64,000 nucleotides of DNA from Akkermansiaceae bacterium (GCA_051251915.1 JBPOGF010000001.1:256001-320000), one strand, 5' to 3'. Positions 1 through 10,463 are shown, counted from the first letter of the stretch. Program-made: numbers and translations. Notes: generated from the letters alone by a model not told the origin.

Positions 1-50
1 TATGTTGCATCGTTGTCCGTTTTCGCTGCTCTCTAATTTTGACTGATACG

Positions 51-1067
51 ATGAATTTATTTTGTTTAGGATTGAATCATGAGACGGCTCCAGTGGAGGT
101 GAGGGAGAAATTTTCTGTTCCGATGGAGCTGCTAGGGCAGCGTAGTCATCAGTTGACGACGCTGGATGGGGTGAAGGAGGCTGTGGTGATCTCTACGTGT
201 AATCGGATGGAGGTGTATGTGGCGACTGTGGGGGAGGATAATCTTGCGGATGCGGAGCTGGTGGTAAAGAAGGACCTAGGGTTCGATGTTGGTGATGCTG
301 CTCATTTTTATGGGTGTGAGTCTGATGAGGCGATGAAGCATTTGTGCAGGGTGGTGAGTGGGCTGGACTCGATGGTGCTGGGGGAGACGGAGATATTTGG
401 TCAGGTGAAGAAGGCGTATCAGTATGCGCTGGAGGCGACTGCGACTGGTGGGGTGCTGAATAAGGTGTTTCAGAAGTCGTTTGGTGTGGGGAAGCGTGTG
501 CGAACTGAGACGATGATTCAGAATGGGCAGACTTCAGTGGGGAGTGTGGCGCTGGATCTGGCGGAGAAGATTTTTAGTGATCTGAAGGATAGTACTGTGA
601 TGGTGATAGGGGCGGGTGAGATGAGTAGGATAACGGTGCAGAGTATGGTGCTGCGTGGGGTGAAGAAGGTGTATGTGACGAATAGGTCTTATGATAAGGC
701 GGTGGCACTGGCTGATGAGGTGGGTGGTGAGGCTGTGAAATTTGATGAGTGGAGTAAGGTGTTGGGTTCTGTGGATGTGGTGATTTCTTCAACGGGGGCG
801 ACTGAGCCTGTGGTGAGGGCTGCGGATATAGAGGCGGTGAGGAAGCAGCGTAAGTATAGGCCTTTGTTTATGATCGACATTGCGGTGCCTAGGGATATAG
901 AGCATGCGGTGGGTGAGATAGAGGAGGTGTATCTGTATGATCTGGACACGCTGCAGAGGCAGGTGGATGAGGGGCATGCGAGAAGGCAGGCTCAGGTGAC
1001 TGAGTGTGAGAAAATAATAGAAGCTGAGGTTCAGAAAATAACTAATCAACAACGAAATCATGTCTAA
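51..1067 (+). CDS. hemA: Glutamyl-tRNA reductase
   Basis: GLNHETAPVEVRE, STCNRME, GLDSMVLGETEIFGQVK, GAGEM and DIAVPRDI motifs. ATG at 51 preferred over the TTG at 39. C-terminus is short. Confidence 0.96.
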   Translation: MNLFCLGLNHETAPVEVREKFSVPMELLGQRSHQLTTLDGVKEAVVISTCNRMEVYVATVGEDNLADAELVVKKDLGFDVGDAAHFYGCESDEAMKHLCRVVSGLDSMVLGETEIFGQVKKAYQYALEATATGGVLNKVFQKSFGVGKRVRTETMIQNGQTSVGSVALDLAEKIFSDLKDSTVMVIGAGEMSRITVQSMVLRGVKKVYVTNRSYDKAVALADEVGGEAVKFDEWSKVLGSVDVVISSTGATEPVVRAADIEAVRKQRKYRPLFMIDIAVPRDIEHAVGEIEEVYLYDLDTLQRQVDEGHARRQAQVTECEKIIEAEVQKITNQQRNHV

Positions 1068-2028
1068 GGAAGAGAATACTAATGGTAGGAAGAAGCTAAT
1101 TGTGGGGACGAGGGGGAGTGCGCTTGCGCTGGTTCAGGCTGATATGGTGGAGAGGTTTCTGGCGGCTAAATTTCCTGAGATGGAGATAGTTAGAAATGTG
1201 ATAGTGACTACTGGTGACAGGAGGACTGATGTGGCTCTTAGTGAGGTGGCTAAGGTGGAGGGTGTGCTTGATAAGGGTGTGTTTACTAAGGAACTGGAGA
1301 TAGCGTTGGAGGCTGGGGAGATTGATTTGGCGGTGCATAGTTTGAAGGATGTTCCGACGGTTTTGCCTGAGGGGTTTGAGATTTGTTCTGTGCTTGAGAG
1401 GGCACCGGTGAATGATGTTTTGATTACTAAGGTGGAAGGTGGCTTGGATGGTTTGAAGGAGGGGGCTACGGTGGCAACTAGTTCGGTGAGGAGGCAGAAG
1501 ATGTTGCTGTGGATGCGACCAGATATTAAGTTGGTGGATATTAGAGGGAATGTTCCTACTCGTTTGCGTAAGTTGGCTGAGAGTGAGGATGTGGATGCGA
1601 TTATTTTGGCTGAGGCTGGGCTGGTGAGGCTGGGGTATGATGCGCTGGGGGAGATGGAGACTGAGGCGGGGAGTGTGTATGGTGCGATGATTGATCCGGA
1701 GAGGTTTTTGCCGGCGGCTGGTCAGGGTTGTGTGGGGATAGAGGTGAGGAAGGGTGATGTGGAGACGATTGCTTGTGCGCAGGCGATTTGTCATGAGCCT
1801 ACGTTTACGCGGATTGTTGCGGAGAGGGAGTTTTTGAGGTTGCTGGATGGTGGGTGTCATACGCCGGTGGGTGTGGCGACGCAGTTGTTTGGTGATAAGA
1901 TTTTGATGGAGGGGATTGTCTTTCCTGAGGGAGAAGGTGGGGGTGAGCCTTACCAGGCGGAGGCTAGCGGGAATGCTAGTGATGCGCTGAAGGTGGCTGC
2001 GGAGTTGTTTGCGGGGTTGTCTATTTAG
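1060..2028 (+). CDS. hemC: Hydroxymethylbilane synthase (porphobilinogen deaminase)
   Basis: GTRGSALALVQ, GVFTKELE, VHSLKDVP, RGNVPTRLRKL and GGCHTP motifs. Overlaps the hemA stop. Confidence 0.97.
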   Translation: MSKEENTNGRKKLIVGTRGSALALVQADMVERFLAAKFPEMEIVRNVIVTTGDRRTDVALSEVAKVEGVLDKGVFTKELEIALEAGEIDLAVHSLKDVPTVLPEGFEICSVLERAPVNDVLITKVEGGLDGLKEGATVATSSVRRQKMLLWMRPDIKLVDIRGNVPTRLRKLAESEDVDAIILAEAGLVRLGYDALGEMETEAGSVYGAMIDPERFLPAAGQGCVGIEVRKGDVETIACAQAICHEPTFTRIVAEREFLRLLDGGCHTPVGVATQLFGDKILMEGIVFPEGEGGGEPYQAEASGNASDALKVAAELFAGLSI

Positions 2029-2054
2029 GGTCTAACAATTTAAGAGAAAATATT

Positions 2055-2816
2055 ATGAGTGAGGAATTAAAGGGTAAGAGAGTGGTGGTGACTAGGGCGT
2101 CATCACAGGCGGGAAGACTGAGAGATATGTTAGAGTCTAGGGGGGCGGATGTTTTAGAGATTCCTACGATTAAGATTTTGCCTCCGCAGACGGAGGTGGG
2201 GAAGCGTGAGTTTGTGGAGAGTGTTTCACATGTGCATACTTATGATTGGTTGGTATTCACGAGTGTGAATGGGGTGGAGCAGTTTTTTGAGGGGTTTTTC
2301 AAGGCCTATGCGGATGCGAGGAGTCTTGGTGGGGCGAAGATAGCGGCTGTGGGGGCTAGTACTGCTGCCAAGATTAAGTCTTATCGGTATGCGGTGGATC
2401 TAATGCCTAGTGAGTATGTGGCTGAAGCTTTGGTGAAGGAATTTGCAGATAAGGAAAGCATCGAAAATCTCACTATGATGTGGGTGCATGGTGCCGAGGC
2501 GAGAGGTGTGATAGCTGATGGGCTGACTGCTCTCGGCGCGATTGTGGATGAATGTATAGCCTATGAGACTGTACCTGAGACAGAAGATGTGACTGGTGAC
2601 AGAAAGCGAATGAGTGAGGAGGGGGCAGATTATATTCTTTTTGCTAACGGTGCTGGTGCGAGAAATTTCTTTGTGAATGGTAATAAGCTTCCAGAGGGGT
2701 GTAAGATAGCGAGTATTGGGAAGATTACTTCACAGGCTCTCGGTGATTTAGGTCAGTCAGTGGATGTAGAGGCTGCTGAAAGCACGATGGAGAGCTTGGT
2801 TGATGCTATCTGTTAG
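2055..2816 (+). CDS. hemD: Uroporphyrinogen-III synthase
   Basis: VVVTRA...YDWLVFTSVNGV...AAVGAST...AYETV...SIGKITS pattern; follows hemC. Confidence 0.92.
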   Translation: MSEELKGKRVVVTRASSQAGRLRDMLESRGADVLEIPTIKILPPQTEVGKREFVESVSHVHTYDWLVFTSVNGVEQFFEGFFKAYADARSLGGAKIAAVGASTAAKIKSYRYAVDLMPSEYVAEALVKEFADKESIENLTMMWVHGAEARGVIADGLTALGAIVDECIAYETVPETEDVTGDRKRMSEEGADYILFANGAGARNFFVNGNKLPEGCKIASIGKITSQALGDLGQSVDVEAAESTMESLVDAIC

Positions 2817-2871
2817 GGGTTAATTTTTGCTTTGCTGAGTGAGCCATTCTCGTTAGTTTATAGATAAACAT

Positions 2872-3390
2872 ATGAGAATATTCACTTTTATAACCCTAAT
2901 TACGGGGCTGCTTTTTGTCGATGGATTTGCGATGACTGGGTCATTGGCGTTTAAGGATAAATGCGAGAAGTCTGATGCTATTGTTCGTGGGGTGGTTGTT
3001 GATATCATTGACTTGACTCCGATTGGGAAAGCTTCTGGTGGTTCCGGCAAAGCATTTTCGGGGCCTCATTCGGTGGCATTGGTTCGGGTAGAGGGTGTTT
3101 TTAAGGGGGAGTCGGTGAAAGAGGGTGGGATTATTTTTATTCCTTGCGGGTATAGTTTTGATGAGAGTCCGTGTGAGTTGACGAAGTCTAGGGAGTATTT
3201 TTTGTTTTTAGGGTCGATGGGGAGGAATTATTATCATCCGTTGGGTTCTTATTGTATGCATTTGGTTCGTGGGGGTAAGGTTGGGATGAGTGGGTTTGAT
3301 TGGGAGGGGGAGTTTGAGTCTAAGAGTGAGAATGCTAGGACGGTGGGAGTGGATGAGTTTGTAGGTAAGATAAAGACTGGGTTGAAGTGA
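2872..3390 (+). CDS. Hypothetical exported protein
   Basis: 172-aa ORF with a signal-peptide-like N-terminus and several Cys residues. Confidence 0.6.
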   Translation: MRIFTFITLITGLLFVDGFAMTGSLAFKDKCEKSDAIVRGVVVDIIDLTPIGKASGGSGKAFSGPHSVALVRVEGVFKGESVKEGGIIFIPCGYSFDESPCELTKSREYFLFLGSMGRNYYHPLGSYCMHLVRGGKVGMSGFDWEGEFESKSENARTVGVDEFVGKIKTGLK

Positions 3391-3396
3391 TTTGTA

Positions 3397-3660
3397 ATGG
3401 ATGATATTGGGACTGTGATTGTGGTATGTGGGGTTCTTGGTGCACTCACATCAGGCTTAATACTTAGTGCTAGAGATGGGCTGGATGAAGGGAGTTCAGG
3501 TTGGCGATTGATTGATGCGTTTTTGTTTATTGGGTTGATTTCGATCCTTAGGGGAGTGGCTAAAGGAGTTGCAGATGTGTTTTTGAGTCAAAGTTTAGCT
3601 TCTTTAATATTGGTGATTATTTTCTTTGTTAGTGTTTTGATGATTGTGGTGGGGCTTTAG
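3397..3660 (+). CDS. Small hypothetical membrane protein
   Basis: 87 aa with three hydrophobic segments, 6 nt downstream of the previous ORF. Confidence 0.5.
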   Translation: MDDIGTVIVVCGVLGALTSGLILSARDGLDEGSSGWRLIDAFLFIGLISILRGVAKGVADVFLSQSLASLILVIIFFVSVLMIVVGL

Positions 3661-3782
3661 GATGGATTGACTGGTCTGGATTGTTGATGTGGAAGGGCAG
3701 ATGAGTTCTTTTCCTCCGTGTCTTCAGCACGGTGATTGGGAGATGGTTAATGGGGGAGGTAAAAGGGTGTCGCTTTTTTTGG

Positions 3783-5732
3783 CTAGTAGTTTGTGGCTAG
3801 GTCTTTGTTGGTTGTGGTGGTGGAGGCGGTGTTGTTTTTGGTTTTGAATTTGGCGGTGATGATGCGGTTGATTCCTTCTTTGGCGTATTGGGATTCTGGG
3901 TGGATGTGCTCTGCTTTAAGGAACCAAGTGAGGGCTTGGGCTGATTTTGGTGAGATGCTTTCGTAGTCTTGGGCTTTGGCGATGGTGTTGGCGAAGGTGG
4001 CGGCTTTGCTGGAGTAGAGGGCTTTGGCTTTGGCTAGTTCTAGGTTATTTGGGTGTTTTTTGATGGCGATGTCTACGAGTTCCCAGGCAGCGGGGGCTAG
4101 TCCTCTGTTGTAGTAGGTTTTGGCTTCTGTGAGGGTGGCGAAGACGGCGGTGATGTCTTGTTGGATTTGTTTAAGGAGTTTAGCTCTGGCTATGTCTTGT
4201 GGGTCTTTAGAGAGGTGGAATGAGGCGATGAAGCGTGAGAGATTTTCTTCTTTCATGACTGCTGAGTATGATTTGGTGTCGACGTAGCGGTCGAAGTCTT
4301 TGCGGGCAACGAGGAGCATGTCGTCTCCTGCGGTTAGCATGGCGAACTTGTCATCTACGAGGTTGTTGATGGCTTCTAGTTCAGGATTGGATGGCCAGGC
4401 GAGGGTTGCTTTTGCCATGGCAGATTTGAACCTTGTTTGTTCGTTGTTGCGCTCGGTTGAGTTCTTGCTGCTGAGCATGAATCTGAGGGCGATTTTGGCG
4501 TCTCGGGTGTTGAGTTTTGATTCTGTTTTCTTGGCAGAGATGTATGATTTGGCTTCTGAGGCGTTGTAGTCGGTGGCTTGTTGTTGGAGGCTGTTGTTGA
4601 GTTCTTCTGCGCGGGATAGGTCTTTTGCTCCGAGGACTTTGACGAGGTCGTTGGCGTCTTGGATGTATTGCTGGATGGGGGCTTTTGATACGATGTTGAT
4701 GGTCTGGACGGAGGGTAGGAATTCTCCGATGACGAAGGCTTCTACGAGTCTTTCTGAGGCGGCGTGGACGCGTTTGGTTTTGAGGTTGTTGTGGAAGGCG
4801 TTGACGAGGGTGTCTACTTTTCTGATGGCTTCTGCTGAGGCGGCATCTAGGCCGGCTACGGTGGGTTCTACTCCTACGCCATTGGTGAAGAAGTCGGCTG
4901 CGTCTGAGCCTTTTTTGAGGGTGAGTTTGTTGTCACCGTCGCGGTAGATGAGGTTGTAGAATCGGGTGGCCATGATGACGTGTTCGTATCTACGCTGGGC
5001 GAAGAGTTGGACGATCATGGATTGGTATTGGAGTTTGGATTGAGCCATGCCGAGTGCGCCGCTTAGGTCTAGCTGTTTGAGCGCTAGTTCTATTTCTGCT
5101 AGGCGCTTTTCCATGGTGGTGACTTCGATGGTTTGTTGTTGTTTGGCGCTTTCTTTTTTGTTGCCTTCGTTGAAGCTGAGTTTGGTGGTGATGACGTTTA
5201 GGTTGTGGAGGATTTTGCGTCGTTCTTCTTTGAGGTTGGCGGCTAGTTCTCGTTTGGTTCCTCGGTGTTGTTTGGTGAGTTGTGCTGCGTAGATGGCGTT
5301 GGCTAGTGATTCGCAGAGGTTTCCGTCTCCGCTGTATTTGGCTGCTTGGGAGAGGAGGTCGTAGGCGGGTTTGAGTTTGGCTCCTCCGGTTTTGTTAGGG
5401 GCGAGGTAATCGAGTATTTCGCTGATGGTGGCGCGGTATTTTGCGGCGGCGGCGGAGGAGAGGGTGTCTGTGGAGAGGTAGGCTTCGAATTGTCCGCCGA
5501 TGTGGTTGTCTGAGAGGCTGTGGGTTTTGCCTTGGAACTGGATTGTTTTGTTGGTGGGATCGACGATGGGGATTTCTGATCCGTAGGGAGTTTGTTTCTC
5601 TTGAGGGGGGCGGTTGATGGTGGTGTTGTTAGATGCTTTGACTGAGCTGGATTGGCTAGATGGCTTTTGAGCTAGGGAGTGGAGAGAGCTGGTGGTGGTG
5701 ATGAGGCTGATGAGTAGAGTTTGCTTGATCAT
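3783..5732 (-). CDS. Hypothetical secreted helical protein (TPR-like C-terminus)
   Basis: 649-aa ORF with signal peptide, coiled-coil and helical character; divergent from the ECF sigma gene. Confidence 0.7.
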   Translation of the reverse strand: MIKQTLLISLITTTSSLHSLAQKPSSQSSSVKASNNTTINRPPQEKQTPYGSEIPIVDPTNKTIQFQGKTHSLSDNHIGGQFEAYLSTDTLSSAAAAKYRATISEILDYLAPNKTGGAKLKPAYDLLSQAAKYSGDGNLCESLANAIYAAQLTKQHRGTKRELAANLKEERRKILHNLNVITTKLSFNEGNKKESAKQQQTIEVTTMEKRLAEIELALKQLDLSGALGMAQSKLQYQSMIVQLFAQRRYEHVIMATRFYNLIYRDGDNKLTLKKGSDAADFFTNGVGVEPTVAGLDAASAEAIRKVDTLVNAFHNNLKTKRVHAASERLVEAFVIGEFLPSVQTINIVSKAPIQQYIQDANDLVKVLGAKDLSRAEELNNSLQQQATDYNASEAKSYISAKKTESKLNTRDAKIALRFMLSSKNSTERNNEQTRFKSAMAKATLAWPSNPELEAINNLVDDKFAMLTAGDDMLLVARKDFDRYVDTKSYSAVMKEENLSRFIASFHLSKDPQDIARAKLLKQIQQDITAVFATLTEAKTYYNRGLAPAAWELVDIAIKKHPNNLELAKAKALYSSKAATFANTIAKAQDYESISPKSAQALTWFLKAEHIHPESQYAKEGINRIITAKFKTKNNTASTTTTNKDLATNY

Positions 5733-5926
5733 GGTGGTTATGTCTTCGCCATGTCATTGTTCATTATGCCTGGACGCTGAAACGGCTTTGGTTAGAGTTG
5801 TTGATATTAGATAAGGGTGTTTATGTGATTGGTTACATTTGGCGGAAGATTTTTGATAGATGGGTGGTGGTGGTGGCGTTTTTTGTCTAGGATAAGGAGA
5901 GTTCTTTATGTTAAGAATGAATCGAG

Positions 5927-6601
5927 ATGGATAAATCAGGAGACAAGGATGCGAAGCAGAAGAGGGATGAGAGAGAGAAAATGTTGTCTCATGGCTTCGC
6001 GAAGACTAGAAAGAGCTTAATAGCGCGCTTGGATAACTGGGAAGATCAGCGGACTTGGGATGATTTTTATCAGACTTATTGGCGGTTGATTTATTCTGTG
6101 GGGTTGAAGTCTGGGTTGCGTTCTGAGGAGGCATTTGACTGTGTTCAGGAGACGATTTTATCGATAGCGAAGCAGAGTAAGAAGAAGATGTATGATCCGG
6201 AGCAGGGGTCATTTAAGACTTGGCTGATGAATATGACGCGATGGCGGATCAATGACCAATTCCGTAAACGGAAGAAGGATACGGCGATGTCTGCGGGGTT
6301 TGAGGGTGATGATAATAGGAAGACGGCGATTATTGATAGGGTGGAGGATCCGAATGGGGATACTTTGGATAGGCTTTGGGATGTGGAGTGGAAGCAGAAT
6401 TTAGCGGAGGCTGCGCTGGATAAGGTGAAGGGGCAGGTGTCTCCGAAGCAGTATCAGATTTTTGATTATTATGTGGTGAAGCAGTGGGATGCTAAGAAGG
6501 TGCAGGATCTTCTGGGCGTTAGTATGGCGCAGGTTTATCTGGCGAAACACCGGGTGGGTTCAGTGCTGAAGAAGGAAATTGCAAAACTGGAAAAGGAGTA
6601 A
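5927..6601 (+). CDS. ECF-type RNA polymerase sigma-70 factor
   Basis: Region 2 (W..FY..YWRLIY...DCVQETIL...GSFKTWL) and region 4 (VQDLLGVSMAQVYLAKHRV) patterns; kinase gene directly downstream. Confidence 0.92.
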   Translation: MDKSGDKDAKQKRDEREKMLSHGFAKTRKSLIARLDNWEDQRTWDDFYQTYWRLIYSVGLKSGLRSEEAFDCVQETILSIAKQSKKKMYDPEQGSFKTWLMNMTRWRINDQFRKRKKDTAMSAGFEGDDNRKTAIIDRVEDPNGDTLDRLWDVEWKQNLAEAALDKVKGQVSPKQYQIFDYYVVKQWDAKKVQDLLGVSMAQVYLAKHRVGSVLKKEIAKLEKE

Positions 6602-6617
6602 TTGATTACTGACTAAG

Positions 6618-9185
6618 ATGGCGTCCATGATCAGATCAGAGATTCATATACCAGACCACGAGGTGCTGCGCAAGATAGGCGGTGGTGCTTATGGAGAGGT
6701 GTGGATGGCGCGTGGTGTGACTGGTGCTCTGCGGGCGGTGAAGGTGGTGTGGCGTGAGGATTTTGAGGATGAGCGTGGGTTTGAGCGTGAGTTTGAGGGG
6801 ATATTAAAATTTGAGCCGATCTCACGTGATCATCCAGGGTTTGTGAATATTTTGCATGTGGGGCGAAGTAATGATAGAGAGAACCCATTTTATTATTATG
6901 TGATGGAGCTGGGGGATGATGTGCACAGCGGTAGGAAGATCAGCCCGGTGGAGTATGAGGCGAGGACGCTGCGAAGTGACTTGAAGGCGAGTGCTGGGGC
7001 TCCATTGGATGTGGGGTTTTGTATTGATGTGGGTCAACGGTTGGCGGAGACATTGCAGCATTTGCATGAGAGTGATTTGGCTCACCGTGATGTGAAGCCG
7101 GCGAATGTGATTTTCGTGGAAGGTAAGGCTAAGCTGGCTGACATAGGGTTAGTGGCGGCGCGTGGACAGGAGACATTTGTGGGGACTGAGGGGTTTGTTC
7201 CTCCTGAGGGGCCGGGGTCAGGACAGGCGGATATTTATAGTCTGGGGAAAGTGCTGTATGAGATGGCGACGGGGAAGGATAGATTGCAATTCCCTGAACT
7301 GCCGGATGAGCTTCCTGAGGGGACGAATAAGAAGAACTGGGTGGCTCTGAATGAGTTGATTTGTAATATTTGTGACCCTAAGTTGAGTAAGCGGACGATC
7401 AATACTGCGAAGAAGCTGGCGGAGTCATTGGCGAAGATTAAGCAGGGGAAGAAGGTTCGACAGCCAAGCAAGGGAGGAAGGGTGAAGGTGTTGCTTTCTT
7501 TGTTGATGTTAGCGGGCTTGGGCTATGGAATTTATCATTTTAAGCCTTGGATGGCGGGTGAGCCGTTGATCGCTGATAATAAGGATACATTGCCGAAGGA
7601 GGCTCCTAAGTATCAGTATGAGGTGTGTTCGGTTCAGTTTATATCGCATCCAACACATGCTGTAATCACGGGGCATGAGCAGGGGAGATACTTGGAAACG
7701 AATACTGAGTTTATTGAGTATGCTCCGGGGACGGTGTTGAATTTGGTGTTCAAGCATGATGGCTACAGGCCGAAGGAGGTGAAGTTTGTAGTGCCGGATA
7801 AGCAGTTTGAGTTTTTGCAGGCTACATTGGATACGTTTTTACCTCCTAAACTAAATGAGAGGTGGGTGGATTCTGTGGGGGCGCTGTATTTTCCGAGGGT
7901 GGATGGTCATGAGTCTGGGTATGTAAGATGGGAGCATTTTAATAAATTCTTGGCAACTAAGGTGAAGGTGGATGCTTATAGCGTGGAGAAATTTAGCGAG
8001 CGCGGTGAGCAGATATCGATTGTGATGATGACTGAGAATACGGCTAATAAATTTGCTTATTGGTTGGAGCAGGAGGCGAAGCTTCAGGGGTTGTTAGAGG
8101 AGGACCAGTGGATAGTGCCTAATCAGGATAAGAGTCTGCAGGTGGGGCCGGCTGATAAGTTGGAGGAGAAGGTTAAGCTAAAGCAGTTCGCTACGAAATG
8201 CATAGCGCAAGAGATACCGTATGCGACTCTGGAGCTAACGAGTGTGCCGGTAGGGGCTAGGGTCTACATTGATGGAGAATGGGTAGGTGTGACGCCTATG
8301 ACTAGGCCTAAGCAGCGGCCGAAGAAGATGCAGCTAGAATTTAGTCTGGATGGATATAAGGGGATAGTGCAGGAGATAAATCTCTCGGATAATGAGACGC
8401 GGCCAATTGCTGTGACACTGCAGCAGAATAATGGTGTGGTGTTTGGTCAGCCTTGGGTAAATGGGTTGAAGGTGAAGATGGTGCCATTTGATGAGGGCAA
8501 GCTAGCTTCAAGCTGGGAGGTAAGGGTTAAAGATTATAGGCAGTTTGTTCAGGCTACCAGTCATAGAGGGCCTAGTGATCCGTTGTTTCCACAGAAGGCG
8601 GACCATCCAGTGGTGGGGGTGAATAGGGATGATGCGGAGGATTTTTGTAAATGGCTGACAGAGAAGGAGAGGAAGGAAGATAGAATCCGTGATTACCATG
8701 AATATCGGCTTCCTACTGATGAGGAGTGGAGCTTGTTCTGCGGACTATCTGAAGAGCGTGGGACGAGCCCGATAGGCAGGTATTACAATGCGCAACAGAA
8801 TCCTGATATAAAGAATATGTATCCTTGGGGAGAGAATTTTCCACCGGATGCTAAGGTTGGGAATCTGGCGGATAAAGATGCGGCTAAGGCTTCAGCAATT
8901 TCTGACAAGAGGACGATCCAAGGGTATGCTGACGGCTTTACGAATACGGCTCCTGTAGGGTCGTTTGAACCGAATGCTCTGGGGATGTATGATGTGTCTG
9001 GGAATGTCTTTGAGTGGCTGAAGGATCCATATAGTGAAGGGGGTGACCTAGGTATAGTGAGGGGCGGAAGCTGGGCTACTTATCAGGCTAAGGATCTTAA
9101 GTCTTGGAGTAGATTCGCTATTAGCAAGGATATGCGAGATAATCAGTATGGGTTCCGGGTGGTTCTTGTGGACACGACTCGATAG
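6618..9185 (+). CDS. Membrane Ser/Thr protein kinase with PEGA and FGE-sulfatase (SUMF1-like) domains
   Basis: GGGAYGEV, AVK, HRDVKPAN, DIG and PPE kinase motifs; TM segment near aa 290-308; PEGA (SVPVGARVYIDG); FGE motifs RLPTDEEW, NALGMYDVSGNVFEW, RGGSW, GFRVV. Confidence 0.92.
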   Translation: MASMIRSEIHIPDHEVLRKIGGGAYGEVWMARGVTGALRAVKVVWREDFEDERGFEREFEGILKFEPISRDHPGFVNILHVGRSNDRENPFYYYVMELGDDVHSGRKISPVEYEARTLRSDLKASAGAPLDVGFCIDVGQRLAETLQHLHESDLAHRDVKPANVIFVEGKAKLADIGLVAARGQETFVGTEGFVPPEGPGSGQADIYSLGKVLYEMATGKDRLQFPELPDELPEGTNKKNWVALNELICNICDPKLSKRTINTAKKLAESLAKIKQGKKVRQPSKGGRVKVLLSLLMLAGLGYGIYHFKPWMAGEPLIADNKDTLPKEAPKYQYEVCSVQFISHPTHAVITGHEQGRYLETNTEFIEYAPGTVLNLVFKHDGYRPKEVKFVVPDKQFEFLQATLDTFLPPKLNERWVDSVGALYFPRVDGHESGYVRWEHFNKFLATKVKVDAYSVEKFSERGEQISIVMMTENTANKFAYWLEQEAKLQGLLEEDQWIVPNQDKSLQVGPADKLEEKVKLKQFATKCIAQEIPYATLELTSVPVGARVYIDGEWVGVTPMTRPKQRPKKMQLEFSLDGYKGIVQEINLSDNETRPIAVTLQQNNGVVFGQPWVNGLKVKMVPFDEGKLASSWEVRVKDYRQFVQATSHRGPSDPLFPQKADHPVVGVNRDDAEDFCKWLTEKERKEDRIRDYHEYRLPTDEEWSLFCGLSEERGTSPIGRYYNAQQNPDIKNMYPWGENFPPDAKVGNLADKDAAKASAISDKRTIQGYADGFTNTAPVGSFEPNALGMYDVSGNVFEWLKDPYSEGGDLGIVRGGSWATYQAKDLKSWSRFAISKDMRDNQYGFRVVLVDTTR

Positions 9186-9257
9186 GGTGTAGCTGACTAG
9201 GAAACCTCGTTTATAAGTTGACTAAGTGGGTTCATCGATTACTAAATAGGCTCATCT

Positions 9258-10241
9258 ATGAAAGATCCGATTACAGTATCCGTGACAGGAGCAGCAGGCC
9301 AGATTGGCTATGCATTGCTCTTCCGTATTGCCTCTGGTTCTATGTTTGGTCCAGACCAACCAGTGAATCTTCGCTTGATAGAAATTGAGCCTGGTATGAA
9401 AGCCCTCGAAGGGGTGGTGATGGAGCTGGATGATTGTGCTTTTCCTACGCTTAACGAAATAGTAGCAACTAGTGATCTGAATGAAGGATTTAAGGGGGCT
9501 AACTGGGCGTTACTTGTAGGCTCTGTACCACGTGGTCCAGGGATGGAGCGTAAGGATCTACTTGGGATCAATGGTAAGATTTTCACTGGTCAGGGGCAAG
9601 CGATAGCGGCAAGTGCAGCTAGCGATGTTCGGACTCTTGTGGTGGGTAACCCTTGTAACACGAATTGTCTTATTGCTATGAATGCTGCGAAGGGAGTTCC
9701 TAAGAATCAATTTTTCGCGATGACTAGGCTGGATGAAAATAGGGCTAAGTCTCAGCTGGCTGCTAAGGCTGGTGTTCATAATAGTGCGGTTTCAAACCTT
9801 TGTATTTGGGGGAATCACTCAGCGACTCAATATCCAGACTATACGAATGCTAAGATCAACGGGGCACCGGTTACGGATGCGATTAGCGATGCTGATTGGC
9901 TACAAGGTGAGTTTATTTCTACTGTTCAACAGCGTGGTGCTGCAATTATCAAAGCAAGAGGAGCTTCCTCTGCGGCATCTGCGGCAAATGGCGTAGTGGA
10001 CACTGTTCGCAGCCTGATAACTCCGACACCTGAAGGTGACTGGACGAGTGTGGCGGTATGTTCTGGTGGGGAGTATGGTATCGATGAAGGACTCATAGCG
10101 TCAATGCCGATCCGCACGGACGGTAAGACTTGGGAAGTGGTCGAGGGTGTGGAGGTAAATGATTTTTCACGTCAAAAAATAGATGCTTCTGTGCAAGAGC
10201 TCCGTGAGGAGAAGGAAGCGGTGTCAGATCTTTTAGTTTAG
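9258..10241 (+). CDS. mdh: Malate dehydrogenase
   Basis: [50 protein letters not shown]. Confidence 0.97.
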   Translation: MKDPITVSVTGAAGQIGYALLFRIASGSMFGPDQPVNLRLIEIEPGMKALEGVVMELDDCAFPTLNEIVATSDLNEGFKGANWALLVGSVPRGPGMERKDLLGINGKIFTGQGQAIAASAASDVRTLVVGNPCNTNCLIAMNAAKGVPKNQFFAMTRLDENRAKSQLAAKAGVHNSAVSNLCIWGNHSATQYPDYTNAKINGAPVTDAISDADWLQGEFISTVQQRGAAIIKARGASSAASAANGVVDTVRSLITPTPEGDWTSVAVCSGGEYGIDEGLIASMPIRTDGKTWEVVEGVEVNDFSRQKIDASVQELREEKEAVSDLLV

Positions 10242-10259
10242 TAAGCTTATTTAATAGAG

Positions 10260-10294
10260 TGCAGTTCTCGGAGACGGGGGCTGCATTTTTTTTT
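10260..10294 (+). terminator. Intrinsic terminator after mdh
   Basis: TGCAGTTCTCG-GAGA-CGGGGGCTGCA hairpin followed by T9. Confidence 0.85.
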
Positions 10295-10304
10295 AGAGTA
10301 TGGG

Positions 10305-10376
10305 TGATAGGCTGATAGGCTGATAGGCTGATAGGCTGATAGGCTGATAGGCTGATAGGCTGCTGGGCTGCTGGGC
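10305..10376. repeat. Octamer tandem repeat (TGATAGGC)x7 + (TGCTGGGC)x2
   Basis: Counted directly in the intergenic region downstream of the mdh terminator. Confidence 0.95.
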
Positions 10377-10463
10377 TGAGCATTGGGATTGATGATTTTG
10401 GCTGTATAAAAATAATCTAATTTGTTTGGTGTTAGATAAAAAAGCCGTCTAGTAGTAGACTCA

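Noticed and set aside
10305..10376. Tandem repeats as a CRISPR array
   Set aside because: No unique spacers, units are only 7-8 nt, and there are no cas genes. The same applies to 49854-49902.
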